Source: Luteolibacter sp.
Lineage (GTDB): Bacteria; Verrucomicrobiota; Verrucomicrobiia; Verrucomicrobiales; Akkermansiaceae
Length of the DNA: 64,000 nt
NCBI GenBank assembly: GCA_044361475.1
Contig: JBIKIR010000002.1
Location: 18,543-82,542, forward strand
Reading direction: 5' to 3'
The notes under the pieces were generated by a model. The model ran no database searches. It had not been told where the DNA came from and saw nothing but the letters and a program-made list of their open reading frames with translations. Shown piece after piece: positions 8,372 to 18,258 of the stretch (its first letter is position 1; every line of letters begins with the position of its first letter). The position numbers were made by a program, and so were the translations under genes.

Positions 8372-10510
8372 ATGCCCAAAAAAAGCGACAGCTCACCACC
8401 CGAACAGGACAAGGTGCTCGACCTCCTCGAGACCGCCAAGAAACCTTCACGCCGTGAGCGCCAACGCCAGGAGGCGGAAGTCAAAGCCCCGGCACCGAGC
8501 AAGCTCGATCAAGCCAAACTCAATGCCCTCGACCTTTTCGCCGAGGAAGCCAAACCTAAAGTTCGCAAAACCACCGCCAAACCAAAGGCAGTGATCGGAT
8601 CGATTTCCAAGGTTCTCGAAAAAGAGGACCCGTCGATGGTCAAAATCCCGGCTCCCGCAGTCGAATCCGCTCCTGCCGCCAGCACTGCTGCCGATGCAGA
8701 ATCTAGCGACCCAGACGACTCCGGTGATCCAAAGCTGATCATCATCAAGCCGCCGATCCTAGTTCCCGAACTCGCTTCACGCCTCGGCCTGAAGCCGTTC
8801 AACATCATGGCCGACCTGATCAAGCTCGGCGTCTTTCCTGCTCCCAACCAGCCGATCGAACCGGAAACCGCAGCGAAAATTTGCGAGATCCACGGCTTCA
8901 CCTTCGAACGCGAAAAACGCGACAAGGAAAAAGGTTTTCACAAGGTCGAGGAAGTCATCACCGAACCCGAAGCCCCCGCCGAAGAACCGGAAGACCAACT
9001 CAAGCTACGCCCACCGATCGTGACGATCATGGGCCATGTCGACCACGGCAAAACCTCGATCCTCGACTACTTCCGCAAAACGAAAATCACTGCCGGCGAG
9101 GCAGGTGGCATCACCCAGCACATCGGTGCTTATCAGGTGATCCACAACGATCAAGAAATCACCTTCCTCGACACACCGGGCCACGCAATTTTCTCCGACA
9201 TGCGCGCACGCGGCGCCGACATCACAGACATCGTGGTGCTCGTGGTCGCTGCAAATGACGGCATCATGCCGCAAACGCTCGAAGCGATCCAGCACGCGAA
9301 AAAAGCAAAGAAGACAATCATCGTCGCAATCAACAAATGCGACCTCCCCTCGGCGAATCTCGAACGCGTGAAATCCCAGCTCGCCGAACACGGCCTGCAA
9401 ACGACCGACTTCGGCGGTGATACGGAATTCGCCGCAGTCTCCGCACTCAACGGCCAAGGCATGGGCGACCTGCTCGACCTGATCAGTCTCCAGGCCGAAG
9501 TTCTCGAACTCAAGGCCAACCCGAAATCCACCGCCCGCGCCGCCGTGATCGAAGCCCGCGTAGTCCCCGGCCGCGGCACCACCGCCACAGTCATCGTGGA
9601 ATCCGGCACACTCAAAGTCGGCACCCCCTTCATCTGCGGCCCCTACGCCGGCAAGGTCCGCTCGCTCATCAACGACCGCGGCACCAGCGTGAAGTCCGCC
9701 CACCCGGGCATGCCGGTCGAAGTCATCGGATTCGACGAACTCCCGAATGTCGGCGACCACCTCACGGAAATGAAATCGGAACGCGAGGCCAAAACCCTCG
9801 CCTCCGATCGCCAGGAACAACAGCGCATCGCTCGCCTCAAACCGCAACACCGCAACCGCCTCGAGGACCTCTACTCGATGGTCAAAGACGGCGGCGGCAA
9901 AGCAATGCTCAAACTGATCCTCAAGTGCGATGTGCAAGGATCAGTCGAAGCGATCAAAAAAGCCGTGCTCGCAATCGAATCGGAAAAGGTCGACTGCTCG
10001 TTCATCACCGCCGCCGCAGGACCGATCACCGAATCGGATGTCTCCTACGCGGCCTCAACCGACGCGATCATCCTCGGCTTCAATGTGAAGGTGGAAGCCA
10101 AAGCGGTGAAAGCAGCCAAGGCCTCAAGCACCGAAATCAAACTCTACTCGATCGTTTACGAACTCATCGATCAAGTCCGCGAAGCCATGCTCGGCCTCCT
10201 CGAGCCACTCAATCGCGAAAGCGTCATCGGCCACGCCGAAGTCCGCAAGGTCTTCAAGCTCTCGAGAGGCCGCGCCGCCGGCTCCTTCGTCAGCGACGGC
10301 CGCATCCACCGCAAGGCCCACGCCCGCGTCATCCGCGAAGGCATCCCGGTCTTCGACGGTCGCATGTCCACGCTCCGCCGCTTCCAGGAAGAGGTCGAGG
10401 AAGTCCGCACCAACTTTGAATGCGGCATCCGCCTCGGCGAATTCAACGAATACCAGGAAGGCGACATCATCGAGTGCTACAAACTCGAAAAAGTCCCGCA
10501 AACGCTGTGA
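8372..10510 (+). CDS. infB: Translation initiation factor IF-2
   Basis: 712 aa. GTPase motifs IMGHVDHGKTS, DTPGH and NKCD, with a low-complexity N-terminal region. Confidence 0.95.
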   Translation: MPKKSDSSPPEQDKVLDLLETAKKPSRRERQRQEAEVKAPAPSKLDQAKLNALDLFAEEAKPKVRKTTAKPKAVIGSISKVLEKEDPSMVKIPAPAVESAPAASTAADAESSDPDDSGDPKLIIIKPPILVPELASRLGLKPFNIMADLIKLGVFPAPNQPIEPETAAKICEIHGFTFEREKRDKEKGFHKVEEVITEPEAPAEEPEDQLKLRPPIVTIMGHVDHGKTSILDYFRKTKITAGEAGGITQHIGAYQVIHNDQEITFLDTPGHAIFSDMRARGADITDIVVLVVAANDGIMPQTLEAIQHAKKAKKTIIVAINKCDLPSANLERVKSQLAEHGLQTTDFGGDTEFAAVSALNGQGMGDLLDLISLQAEVLELKANPKSTARAAVIEARVVPGRGTTATVIVESGTLKVGTPFICGPYAGKVRSLINDRGTSVKSAHPGMPVEVIGFDELPNVGDHLTEMKSEREAKTLASDRQEQQRIARLKPQHRNRLEDLYSMVKDGGGKAMLKLILKCDVQGSVEAIKKAVLAIESEKVDCSFITAAAGPITESDVSYAASTDAIILGFNVKVEAKAVKAAKASSTEIKLYSIVYELIDQVREAMLGLLEPLNRESVIGHAEVRKVFKLSRGRAAGSFVSDGRIHRKAHARVIREGIPVFDGRMSTLRRFQEEVEEVRTNFECGIRLGEFNEYQEGDIIECYKLEKVPQTL

Positions 10511-10531
10511 GGGCTTCCCTCGAAGCACGAG

Positions 10532-10575
10532 ATTCGAAACGGAAAACTATTCCGTTCATAGTCTTCGTTTCGAAT
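10532..10575 (+). other. 10-bp-stem hairpin (ATTCGAAACG...CGTTTCGAAT) enclosing a nested 7-bp hairpin, in the infB-rbfA spacer
   Basis: Read directly. An AT-rich run of four AATTTA-like heptads follows it (10573-10600). Confidence 0.4.
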
Positions 10576-10605
10576 TTAGAATTTAAGATTTAAAATTTCG
10601 TCCCC

Positions 10606-10965
10606 ATGTCCCGCCGCCTCGATCGCGTCAACGAACTGCTCCGCCGGGAAATTGGCAATGTGGTCCAGAAGGATTACGAATGGCATGGCAAGCTGGTGAC
10701 CATCAGCGAAGTTGATGTCACTCAGGACCTCAAAGAAGGCAAGGTCTGGACCAGCGTGCTCGGCGGCGACGCCCAACCGGTCATCGACAAACTCAACCGC
10801 GATCACGGCTCGATCCAATCGAAAGTCATGAAACGCGTGGTACTCAAATCCACCCCCGTCCTGCGCTTCCACCACGACTCCTCCGCCATCCGCGGAGTCG
10901 ACATGGTGAACCTCCTCGACGAAGTCGAAAAACTCCCCAAGGCCCCGGAGGCCGACCCGGAGTGA
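10606..10965 (+). CDS. rbfA: Ribosome-binding factor A
   Basis: 119 aa. MSRRLDRVNELLRREIGNVV..., a typical RbfA N-terminus, in the conserved position after infB. Confidence 0.9.
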   Translation: MSRRLDRVNELLRREIGNVVQKDYEWHGKLVTISEVDVTQDLKEGKVWTSVLGGDAQPVIDKLNRDHGSIQSKVMKRVVLKSTPVLRFHHDSSAIRGVDMVNLLDEVEKLPKAPEADPE

Positions 10966-11042
10966 CAGGCTCCAAATAAAACCGCTGTACCAAGCGGGAT
11001 TGAATCGGTGTATGTTCAGAAATTCCCTGGCAACTCCGAATC

Positions 11043-14000
11043 ATGAACCCGTCACGCCACACCCTCGCCACTCACGACTCGCTCATTGCCCACACGCTTG
11101 GCGATAAGGACTCGCTCCACTTCCGGTTTTTCAAGGGCGGCCACCTGCATTCGATCCGCCATGGCAATGACTTGATGGTCAACCTCCGCTTTGGATGTCC
11201 GCTTGCGGGGGCGATGCACCATGTGGCTCTGGAACTTACCGAACCCAGTAACACGCGCGTCATCACGCTAATTGGACCCGGATCCGAAGCCAGCTTCTCA
11301 ATCAGCGATGACATTGCCATCTGGACCCACGCCGATGAGCAAATGGAGATCACGGTCATCATTTCTTTGAAGCCCGATGGCAATGGCTGGGACACGGAAA
11401 TCACCGTCAAAAATCGCTCCAAAAAACCCATCGCATGGCGCGTTCTTCATGGCCTAGATATCGGCCTCACTTCGCCTGCCGCCGCTCGCAACAACGAGTC
11501 GTACACCAGCCAGTACATCGATCACCATCCGCTCGATCATCCAAACTACGGCAAACTGGTCGCTAGCCGCCAAAACCTGAAGGTGAACGGCAAGAACCCC
11601 TACCTCATCCAAGCCTGCGAGCAGGGCTGTGACGAATTTGCAACAGACGCCAGCCAAGTGTTTGGCTCAATGATCAATCGCCATCATCATCTTCTTTGTC
11701 TCGGCACCAATCCCTTCCATCTCTCCGGCCTCAAGCAAGCCGAGTCCTCCTACGGCGCGCTGCTCAGTCGCACGATCCATACAAATCAAAACGAAAGCGG
11801 CACCTGCCGATTCACTGCGGGATTCTTCACCGATCACCCAGAACCAACAAATTCCGCCGACCTCACGTTGATTGGATTTTCCAAAAATCCGCAGCGCGAT
11901 TCAACACCCATAAGCACCGCCGAATCATGCCGGACCCTGTTTCATCAACCCGCCGTCCTCCACGGAGAAAATTTCAAAGAGTCTGATCTGCGAAATTTTT
12001 TCCCCGATGATTGGGATCTCGTCGAGCGCGATGAGAACGGCCAGCTTCATTCGTTTTTCCTCAAGCACCGCACCAGTCATGTCGTCACACGCGCGAAGGA
12101 AGCATTTGGACCACGCCCGCACGCCCACATCCTTCGCTCCAGCGCTGGCGATTTTCCGAATGCCTCGCAATTGAGCACCACCGTGCTGATGGCCGGATGT
12201 TTCAATTCACTGCTCAGCAGCGGCCATTCGTCCTTTCATCGACTGCTGTCATTTCCACGCGAAACCCATGGACTCACTCCATCGACCGGCCAAAAGGTAT
12301 GGATCCGCATCAACGACACATGGCAAGTCCTCGGAGTGCCATCGTGCTTCGAAATGTCCCTCAACGAGGCCCGCTGGATCTATCAACTCTCGTCACACAC
12401 GATCGAAATCAAGGTTTCCGTCGACCCCACTCAATCATCCTGCAACACAAGCATCAACATCCTGTCCGCTGATCCCATCGAGCTTCTCATCACCCATGGC
12501 CTGATCGCCGGAATCAACGAGTACGACGAAACCGCCGAAGTGGAAATCGACTCGCAATCCGCCAGTGCGATCATCCGCGCCAACCGCGAAGGGCTTTTTC
12601 GCAAGGAAGATCCGGAGGCACATTTCACCCTGCGCGCCAAAAATCCCGCATCCGTCGCATCATTCGGCGGAGCGGAAAACTTCGGTGGTGAAAACGGTCA
12701 TGCGATGCTTGTGATGCAAACCCGCGCCGTGAACTCTTTTGAAATCGAAATCGAAGGCCACAGCCAACTCGCAAAAGAATCGACGGAAAAATCAAGTTGG
12801 CTCGACGATTCACAGAAGCTTGGTCTTATTCACGAACATCATGCCATCACGCGGATGAACCACATCCTGCCATGGTTCATCCACAACGGCATGATTCATC
12901 TCACGGTTCCGCACGGCATCGAGCAATACAATGGCGGCGCATGGGGTACACGCGATGTCACCCAAGGGTCCGTGGAAATGCTGCTGGCACTCGGGCGTCA
13001 TGAAAGCTGCCGCGAAATCATCCTGCTAACCTACCGTCACCAGTTCATCGGCGAAAACAACTGGCCGCAGTGGTTCATGACCGATCCCTTCGGCTGGATC
13101 CAACAAGCCCACTGCCACGGCGACATCCCGCTCTGGCCGCTCAAGGCACTCTGCGACTACATCGAGGCAAGCGGCGACTTTGCCATCCTCGACGAACAAG
13201 TCGCATGGACTCAACCCGGCAGTGCACAAACCACCAAGGAAACCTCGCCGCTCATCGAACATGTCACCGCCAACATCGCATGGCTGCGCGACCACTGTGT
13301 GCCGGGCACCGCACTCCTCCGCTACGGCGATGGCGACTGGAACGACTCGCTGCAACCGGCAAAACCCGAATTCCGCGAACGCCTCGTCAGCTCATGGACA
13401 GTCGCCTTGTGCTACCAAGTCCTTCGCCGACTCGAAGAACTCTCACGCCAATCCGGCCGCGAGTTTGCAGGCCTCGATGGCTTTGCGGATGCCGTCAAAG
13501 CCGACTGCCACCGTCACCTGATGATCGATGGCACCATCTGCGGATTTTTCCTGTTTGATGAAAATTCAGCATCATCGGGTCAGCCCCTGCTCCATCCCAA
13601 TGACAAGCTCACCGGCATTCATCACAGCCTCATTCCAATGACGCGCTCGATGCTCGGAGGGCTTTTTTCGAATGTGGAGGCAGAACATCATCTCTCGTTG
13701 ATCGAAGAACATCTGCTGGCCGCCGACGGCGCGCGACTCATGGATCGCCCGCCCGCCTATCGCGGTGGCATCTGTGAAATTTTCCAACGCGCGGAACTCA
13801 GCTCCTGCTTCTCGCGCGAGATCGGCATCTTTTACACCCACGCCCATTTGCGTTTCATCGAGACAATGGCCCACCTCGGCAAGGCCGATGCCATGCTCAC
13901 AGCCTTCGGCATGGTAAACCCCGCCGACCTCAAATCCTCCGTCAGCAACGCCTTGCCGCGCCAAGCGAATGCCTATTTTTCCAGCTCCGACGCGGATGTC

Positions 14001-14411
14001 GCATCACGCTACGAAGCAGCCGAGCGATACAAAGAAATCGTCTCCGGAAAAATTGGCGTGCACGGAGGCTGGCGGATCTATTCAAGCGGCCCTGGGATTT
14101 TTCTCAGCCTTGTACTCACGCGCATGCTCGGCATCCGCCGCCATTACGGACACATCATCATCGATCCAGTGCTGCCCCGCGAACTCAACGGACTCGAGGC
14201 AACCATCCCATGGGAAAACCACTGGCTCAATGTCCGCTTCGAGGTCCGCAACGCGACGCACACACCGAGCAAGGTCAGCCTCAATGGCAGCGAACTCAAA
14301 CCCACCAAAATCACCGACAATCCTTACCGCCAAGGCGGCTGGATGATCGATGCCGCCACATTCAGCAAGCACCTTGAGGCCGAACACAACCTGCTCGAAA
14401 TCGCGTTATAA
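11043..14411 (+). CDS. Large GH94-like glycoside phosphorylase / (alpha/alpha)6-barrel glycosyl hydrolase 36 superfamily protein
   Basis: 1122 aa. The C-terminal half carries cellobiose/chitobiose-phosphorylase-like motifs (GGAWGTRDVTQG, RYGDGDWNDSLQP, YSSGPGIF). I do not recognise the N-terminal 550 aa or so. Confidence 0.7.
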   Translation: MNPSRHTLATHDSLIAHTLGDKDSLHFRFFKGGHLHSIRHGNDLMVNLRFGCPLAGAMHHVALELTEPSNTRVITLIGPGSEASFSISDDIAIWTHADEQMEITVIISLKPDGNGWDTEITVKNRSKKPIAWRVLHGLDIGLTSPAAARNNESYTSQYIDHHPLDHPNYGKLVASRQNLKVNGKNPYLIQACEQGCDEFATDASQVFGSMINRHHHLLCLGTNPFHLSGLKQAESSYGALLSRTIHTNQNESGTCRFTAGFFTDHPEPTNSADLTLIGFSKNPQRDSTPISTAESCRTLFHQPAVLHGENFKESDLRNFFPDDWDLVERDENGQLHSFFLKHRTSHVVTRAKEAFGPRPHAHILRSSAGDFPNASQLSTTVLMAGCFNSLLSSGHSSFHRLLSFPRETHGLTPSTGQKVWIRINDTWQVLGVPSCFEMSLNEARWIYQLSSHTIEIKVSVDPTQSSCNTSINILSADPIELLITHGLIAGINEYDETAEVEIDSQSASAIIRANREGLFRKEDPEAHFTLRAKNPASVASFGGAENFGGENGHAMLVMQTRAVNSFEIEIEGHSQLAKESTEKSSWLDDSQKLGLIHEHHAITRMNHILPWFIHNGMIHLTVPHGIEQYNGGAWGTRDVTQGSVEMLLALGRHESCREIILLTYRHQFIGENNWPQWFMTDPFGWIQQAHCHGDIPLWPLKALCDYIEASGDFAILDEQVAWTQPGSAQTTKETSPLIEHVTANIAWLRDHCVPGTALLRYGDGDWNDSLQPAKPEFRERLVSSWTVALCYQVLRRLEELSRQSGREFAGLDGFADAVKADCHRHLMIDGTICGFFLFDENSASSGQPLLHPNDKLTGIHHSLIPMTRSMLGGLFSNVEAEHHLSLIEEHLLAADGARLMDRPPAYRGGICEIFQRAELSSCFSREIGIFYTHAHLRFIETMAHLGKADAMLTAFGMVNPADLKSSVSNALPRQANAYFSSSDADVASRYEAAERYKEIVSGKIGVHGGWRIYSSGPGIFLSLVLTRMLGIRRHYGHIIIDPVLPRELNGLEATIPWENHWLNVRFEVRNATHTPSKVSLNGSELKPTKITDNPYRQGGWMIDAATFSKHLEAEHNLLEIAL

Positions 14412-14474
14412 AACGGCACATCGCGCAAATCCATTTGCCCGCACCGCCTAGCAGGCTTAAACAATCCGCAAGCC

Positions 14475-16109
14475 ATGCCAAAGAAACCGTTTTTCTATCA
14501 AGAACCCTTTCCGCTCGCGGCCGACACGACGGAATACGAATGCATTTCCACCGAGCATGTCTCGATCTCGGAATTCGAAGGCCAGCCGATTCTCAAAATC
14601 GCGCCCGAGGCACTCACGCTGCTTTCCGCCGAGGCAATCAAGGCGATCAACTTCACGCTGCGCTCCAACCATCTCGCACAAGTCGCCGCGATCCTCGATG
14701 ACCCCGAAGCCTCTGAAAACGATCGCATGGTCGCGCTCATGCTTCTGAAAAATGCCGAGATCGCCTCGCACGGCATCCTTCCATTTTGCCAAGACACCGG
14801 CACTGCGACGATCGTAGGCAAGAAAGGCCAGCAAGTATGGACCGGCTGCGATGATGCGGAATTCCTCTCCAAAGGCATTCACCAAACCTACACGCAAGAA
14901 AACCTCCGCTACTCACAAACCGCGCCGCTCACGATGTATGAGGAGGTCAACACGATGACCAACCTTCCCGCACAGATCGATCTCTACGCCACCGAAGGCG
15001 ATGCTTATCATTTTCTCTTCGTGAGCAAAGGCGGTGGATCCGCCAACAAAACTTTCCTCTATCAGGAAACCAAAGCACTTCTCAATCCGAAGCGCCTCAA
15101 GGAATTTTGCGTCGAAAAAATGCGCTCGCTCGGAACCGCCGCCTGCCCGCCCTATCACCTAACCTTCGTCATCGGCGGTACCTCGGCGGAAAACTGCCTC
15201 AAAACCGTCAAGCTCGCATCAACCCGCTACCTCGACAAACTACCCACCGCCGGCAACGAACACGGCCAGGCATTTCGCGACCTAGAACTCGAAAAAGAAC
15301 TCCTCGCACTCTCACGCGAGATTGGCATCGGTGCACAATTCGGCGGCAAGTACTTCGCGCTCGATGTCCGCGTCATCCGCCTCCCCCGCCACGGCGCTTC
15401 ATGCCCGGTCGGCATCGGCGTCTCCTGTTCGGCCGACCGCCAAGCGAAAGCCAAAATCACCAAGGACGGAATCTTCATCGAGAAACTCGAAAAAAATCCC
15501 GGTCGTTTCATCCCGGAAAAATTCCGCGATTGGAAATTCAAAGGCGCGCCAATCAATCTCGACCTCGGCATGGAGGAAACCCTCAAGACGCTGAAAAAAT
15601 ATCCGGTCACCACCGCTATCGCTCTCACCGGCACAATTATCGTCGCCCGCGACAGCGCCCACGCAAAACTTAAGGAGATCCTCGATCAAACCGGCGAACT
15701 GCCCGACTACTTCAAACAATACCCAGTCTACTACGCCGGACCCGCCAAGACCCCGCAGGGCATGCCCTCAGGCTCCTTCGGCCCCACCACCGCCGGACGC
15801 ATGGACGGCTATGTCGATCTCTTCCAATCGCACGGCGGATCGATGGTGATGCTGGCCAAAGGCAATCGCTCGCAAGCGGTGACCGATGCCTGCAAAAAAC
15901 ATGGCGGATTCTACCTCGGCTCGGCTGGCGGCCCCGCGGCATTGCTTGCGCAGGATCACATCCGCTCGCAAGAAGTCGTGGCCTTCCCCGAACTCGGCAT
16001 GGAAGCAGTATGGAAAATCACCGTCGAAAACTTCCCCGCCTTCATCCTCGTCGATGACAAAGGCAACGACTTCTTCACCAAACTCAACACCTGCCCTGTC
16101 TGCCATTGA
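14475..16109 (+). CDS. fumA: Fumarate hydratase, class I (Fe-S dependent, single-chain)
   Basis: 544 aa. FCQDTGTA motif and GGSANK, with a length equal to the FumA/FumB type. Confidence 0.9.
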   Translation: MPKKPFFYQEPFPLAADTTEYECISTEHVSISEFEGQPILKIAPEALTLLSAEAIKAINFTLRSNHLAQVAAILDDPEASENDRMVALMLLKNAEIASHGILPFCQDTGTATIVGKKGQQVWTGCDDAEFLSKGIHQTYTQENLRYSQTAPLTMYEEVNTMTNLPAQIDLYATEGDAYHFLFVSKGGGSANKTFLYQETKALLNPKRLKEFCVEKMRSLGTAACPPYHLTFVIGGTSAENCLKTVKLASTRYLDKLPTAGNEHGQAFRDLELEKELLALSREIGIGAQFGGKYFALDVRVIRLPRHGASCPVGIGVSCSADRQAKAKITKDGIFIEKLEKNPGRFIPEKFRDWKFKGAPINLDLGMEETLKTLKKYPVTTAIALTGTIIVARDSAHAKLKEILDQTGELPDYFKQYPVYYAGPAKTPQGMPSGSFGPTTAGRMDGYVDLFQSHGGSMVMLAKGNRSQAVTDACKKHGGFYLGSAGGPAALLAQDHIRSQEVVAFPELGMEAVWKITVENFPAFILVDDKGNDFFTKLNTCPVCH

Positions 16110-16150
16110 GCAGCACAAATAAATCACATCACCCGAAACATTCCTTCCGC

Positions 16151-16294
16151 ATGCAACGCCTCGTGATCGTCCTCGTCTCCTGTCTCGCACTCTCTTCATG
16201 CGGAATTCCCGGCTCCTTGGGCCGATCCGTCTCGCGCGTTTTCACCAGCGCTGCCGACATCACCAATGCGGTGGCCGATGCTGTTTCATTTTAG
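16151..16294 (+). CDS. Small putative lipoprotein
   Basis: ORF 16106..16294, start at MQRLVIVLVSCLALSSCG (signal peptide plus lipobox LSSC). Only 47 aa, so the call is tentative. Confidence 0.45.
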   Translation: MQRLVIVLVSCLALSSCGIPGSLGRSVSRVFTSAADITNAVADAVSF

Positions 16295-16710
16295 TTCATG
16301 GGCCGATCGCCCACCACACGCGATCCATCCGCATCGATATTGAAATAAAACCACTGCGTCTCGGGCGGCATGAGTGATAGAAATTTATCGGCCCACTCGG
16401 CCACAACCACGCCACCACCTTCGAGATACTCATCCCATCCCAAGGCGATGAGTTCCTCCGCCGTTCCGAGCCGATAGAAATCAAAGTGGCTCACCGGCAG
16501 GCGTCCGCCCCGGTATTCATGCACCAACCCGAAGGTCGGGCTCGTGACCTCCGCCGCGCAGCCCATTTCCGCAACAAAGCCCTTCACCCAATGGGTTTTA
16601 CCCGCGCCGAGATCACCCACCAAGCCGATCACCGAGCCGGCCTTTGCCACACGCGCGGCAGCCGCACCCAGCTCGATCATTTCCTCAACGCTCTTGATGC
16701 GTGCCGTCAT
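16291..16710 (-). CDS. tsaE: tRNA t6A biosynthesis ATPase TsaE (YjeE)
   Basis: ORF 16291..16773, start at MTARIKSVEE (ATG 16708-16710). P-loop GDLGAGKTHWVKGF. The terminator hairpin at 16761-16786 sits upstream of this start and supports the shorter model. Confidence 0.85.
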   Translation of the reverse strand: MTARIKSVEEMIELGAAAARVAKAGSVIGLVGDLGAGKTHWVKGFVAEMGCAAEVTSPTFGLVHEYRGGRLPVSHFDFYRLGTAEELIALGWDEYLEGGGVVVAEWADKFLSLMPPETQWFYFNIDADGSRVVGDRPMN

Positions 16711-16753
16711 CGTCAGATCTATGGAACATTCAATACCGCCTGGCGGTCGATGC

Positions 16754-16786
16754 AAAAAAAGGCCAGTCCGCACTCACGGACTGGCC
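16754..16786 (-). terminator. Intrinsic terminator after rpsR
   Basis: On the minus strand, GGCCAGTCCG-TGAGTG-CGGACTGGCC is followed by TTTTTTT. Confidence 0.65.
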
Positions 16787-16821
16787 CAAAAAACACAAAC
16801 CAATGAAACAATGAAAAAAAC

Positions 16822-17064
16822 TTATGGCAGAAGATTGATCGCGCGCGATTGCTTGATCGCGTTGGTGATCTTGCGGTGAAGCTTGGCCGAGACACCGGTC
16901 ACGCGGCGCGGCAGGATCTTGCCGGTTTCCGAAGTGAACTTGGTGAGCAGCTCAGGGTTGGTGTGGACCACTTGATCGGCAGGGATATCATGACGCCTGC
17001 GCGGCATCTGACGGTTTGCCTTGCGGAAGTTGATACGGCGTTGAACGGTTTTAGGCTCGGACAT
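16822..17064 (-). CDS. rpsR: 30S ribosomal protein S18 (no cysteine)
   Basis: 80 aa. ..[42 protein letters not shown] is the S18 signature. Confidence 0.93.
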   Translation of the reverse strand: MSEPKTVQRRINFRKANRQMPRRRHDIPADQVVHTNPELLTKFTSETGKILPRRVTGVSAKLHRKITNAIKQSRAINLLP

Positions 17065-17072
17065 GGGAAAAT

Positions 17073-17246
17073 TCAGCGAAGTTCACGGTGTAGGGTGCGG
17101 CGCTTGAGGAAGTGATTGAATTTCACCTTCTCCAATCGGCCGGGTGTACGGAGGCTCTTCTTGTTACGCGTGGTGACATAACGGGAAGTCGGTTTGCCCT
17201 CGGCTTTGGCCTCGGTGCATTCAAGGATGATAATCTCGCGTGGCAT
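17073..17246 (-). CDS. rpmG: 50S ribosomal protein L33 (zinc-ribbon cysteines lost)
   Basis: ORF 17073..17414, real start at [30 protein letters not shown]...LHRELR (57 aa). L33 pattern with only one Cys retained. Confidence 0.9.
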   Translation of the reverse strand: MPREIIILECTEAKAEGKPTSRYVTTRNKKSLRTPGRLEKVKFNHFLKRRTLHRELR

Positions 17247-17277
17247 GGATGGAAATTTGGGGGACGCGGAGAATGCC

Positions 17278-18258
17278 TTAATCCTCCTCTTCGTCAAGCG
17301 AAACCGACTCAGAATCTTCATCATCGGCATATTTTCCGCCGCTGAAGCCCACTTCATTGGAGGGACGGAAGCGCCTTTTGCCGAATTCCTTCTCCCACTG
17401 GGCTTGGCATTCAACGGTCAGGCGCGCAAATGGAATCGCCTCAAGTCGGGCTTGCGGGATCTTGCGGTTGGAAAGCTCACAGATGCCGTAAAGCCCCTTG
17501 CGTATACGCACCAGAGCCTCCTCGATTTCATACAAAGCGTCTTGTTCCTTGGCCAAAACGGAGAGCGCGAAGTCACGATCGTAGGCATCGCTGCCAGCAT
17601 CGCCCTGATGCTGACCACTGCCCGAAGCCTCCGAACCTTCCGGCGCGTTGCGGATGGTGTCGCGAGTCATGCCCGACATCGAATCAACAAGTTCATCGCG
17701 AAGGTCGAGCAAACGCTGATGCTGCTTTTGAATGAAAGCATCGCTATGAGGGGCCACTGGAGCAACGGCGACCTCGACGACCTCGGGCTTCTTGGTCTCT
17801 TTGGGCGGCACAAATGGCTTTTTCTCAGGAGTTTTGACGGAAATTGGCTTGTTGATCTCGACCTTGGCCTTGGGCGCGACTGCTTTCTTTTCGACCACCT
17901 TTTTCGCGACCGCTTTGACAACGGGCTTGGCGGCTTTTACTGGCGTCGCTTTTTTGACCACGGTGGGCTTTTTCGCTGGCACCGGCTTTTTCGCTGGCAC
18001 CGGCTTTTTCGCTGGCACCGGCTTTTTCGCTGGCACCGGCTTTTTCGCTGGCACCGGCTTTTTCGCTGGCACCGGCTTCTTGGCGACTGCGGCTTTCTTC
18101 ACCGCTTTTTTGGCGACCGGCGCAGCTTTTTTCGCTGGAAGCGGTTTCTTTGGAGCGGTGACCGTTTTCTTGGAAACAGCTTTTTTTACAGGCTTTGCAG
18201 CGGGTTTAGCCTTGCCCTTCGGGGCGGCTTTTTTCGAGGTGTTTTTCTTTGCAGCCAT
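17278..18258 (-). CDS. DksA/TraR-family protein with N-terminal Lys/Ala/Pro-rich histone-H1-like domain
   Basis: ORF 17278..18285, start at [10 protein letters not shown] (ATG 18256-18258). The C-terminal DksA core is ..[62 protein letters not shown]. The finger reads CxxS-x17-TxxC instead of CxxC-x17-CxxC. Confidence 0.8.
   Translation of the reverse strand: MAAKKNTSKKAAPKGKAKPAAKPVKKAVSKKTVTAPKKPLPAKKAAPVAKKAVKKAAVAKKPVPAKKPVPAKKPVPAKKPVPAKKPVPAKKPVPAKKPTVVKKATPVKAAKPVVKAVAKKVVEKKAVAPKAKVEINKPISVKTPEKKPFVPPKETKKPEVVEVAVAPVAPHSDAFIQKQHQRLLDLRDELVDSMSGMTRDTIRNAPEGSEASGSGQHQGDAGSDAYDRDFALSVLAKEQDALYEIEEALVRIRKGLYGICELSNRKIPQARLEAIPFARLTVECQAQWEKEFGKRRFRPSNEVGFSGGKYADDEDSESVSLDEEED
17966..18079. 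repeat. 18-bp tandem repeat (GGCTTTTTCGCTGGCACC, about 6 units) inside the DksA-like gene
   Basis: Read directly. It encodes (KKPVPA)n on the minus strand. Confidence 0.85.

Noticed and set aside
9005-9937. 310-aa ORF on the - strand
   Set aside because: Antisense to infB (IF-2 GTPase region). Shadow ORF.
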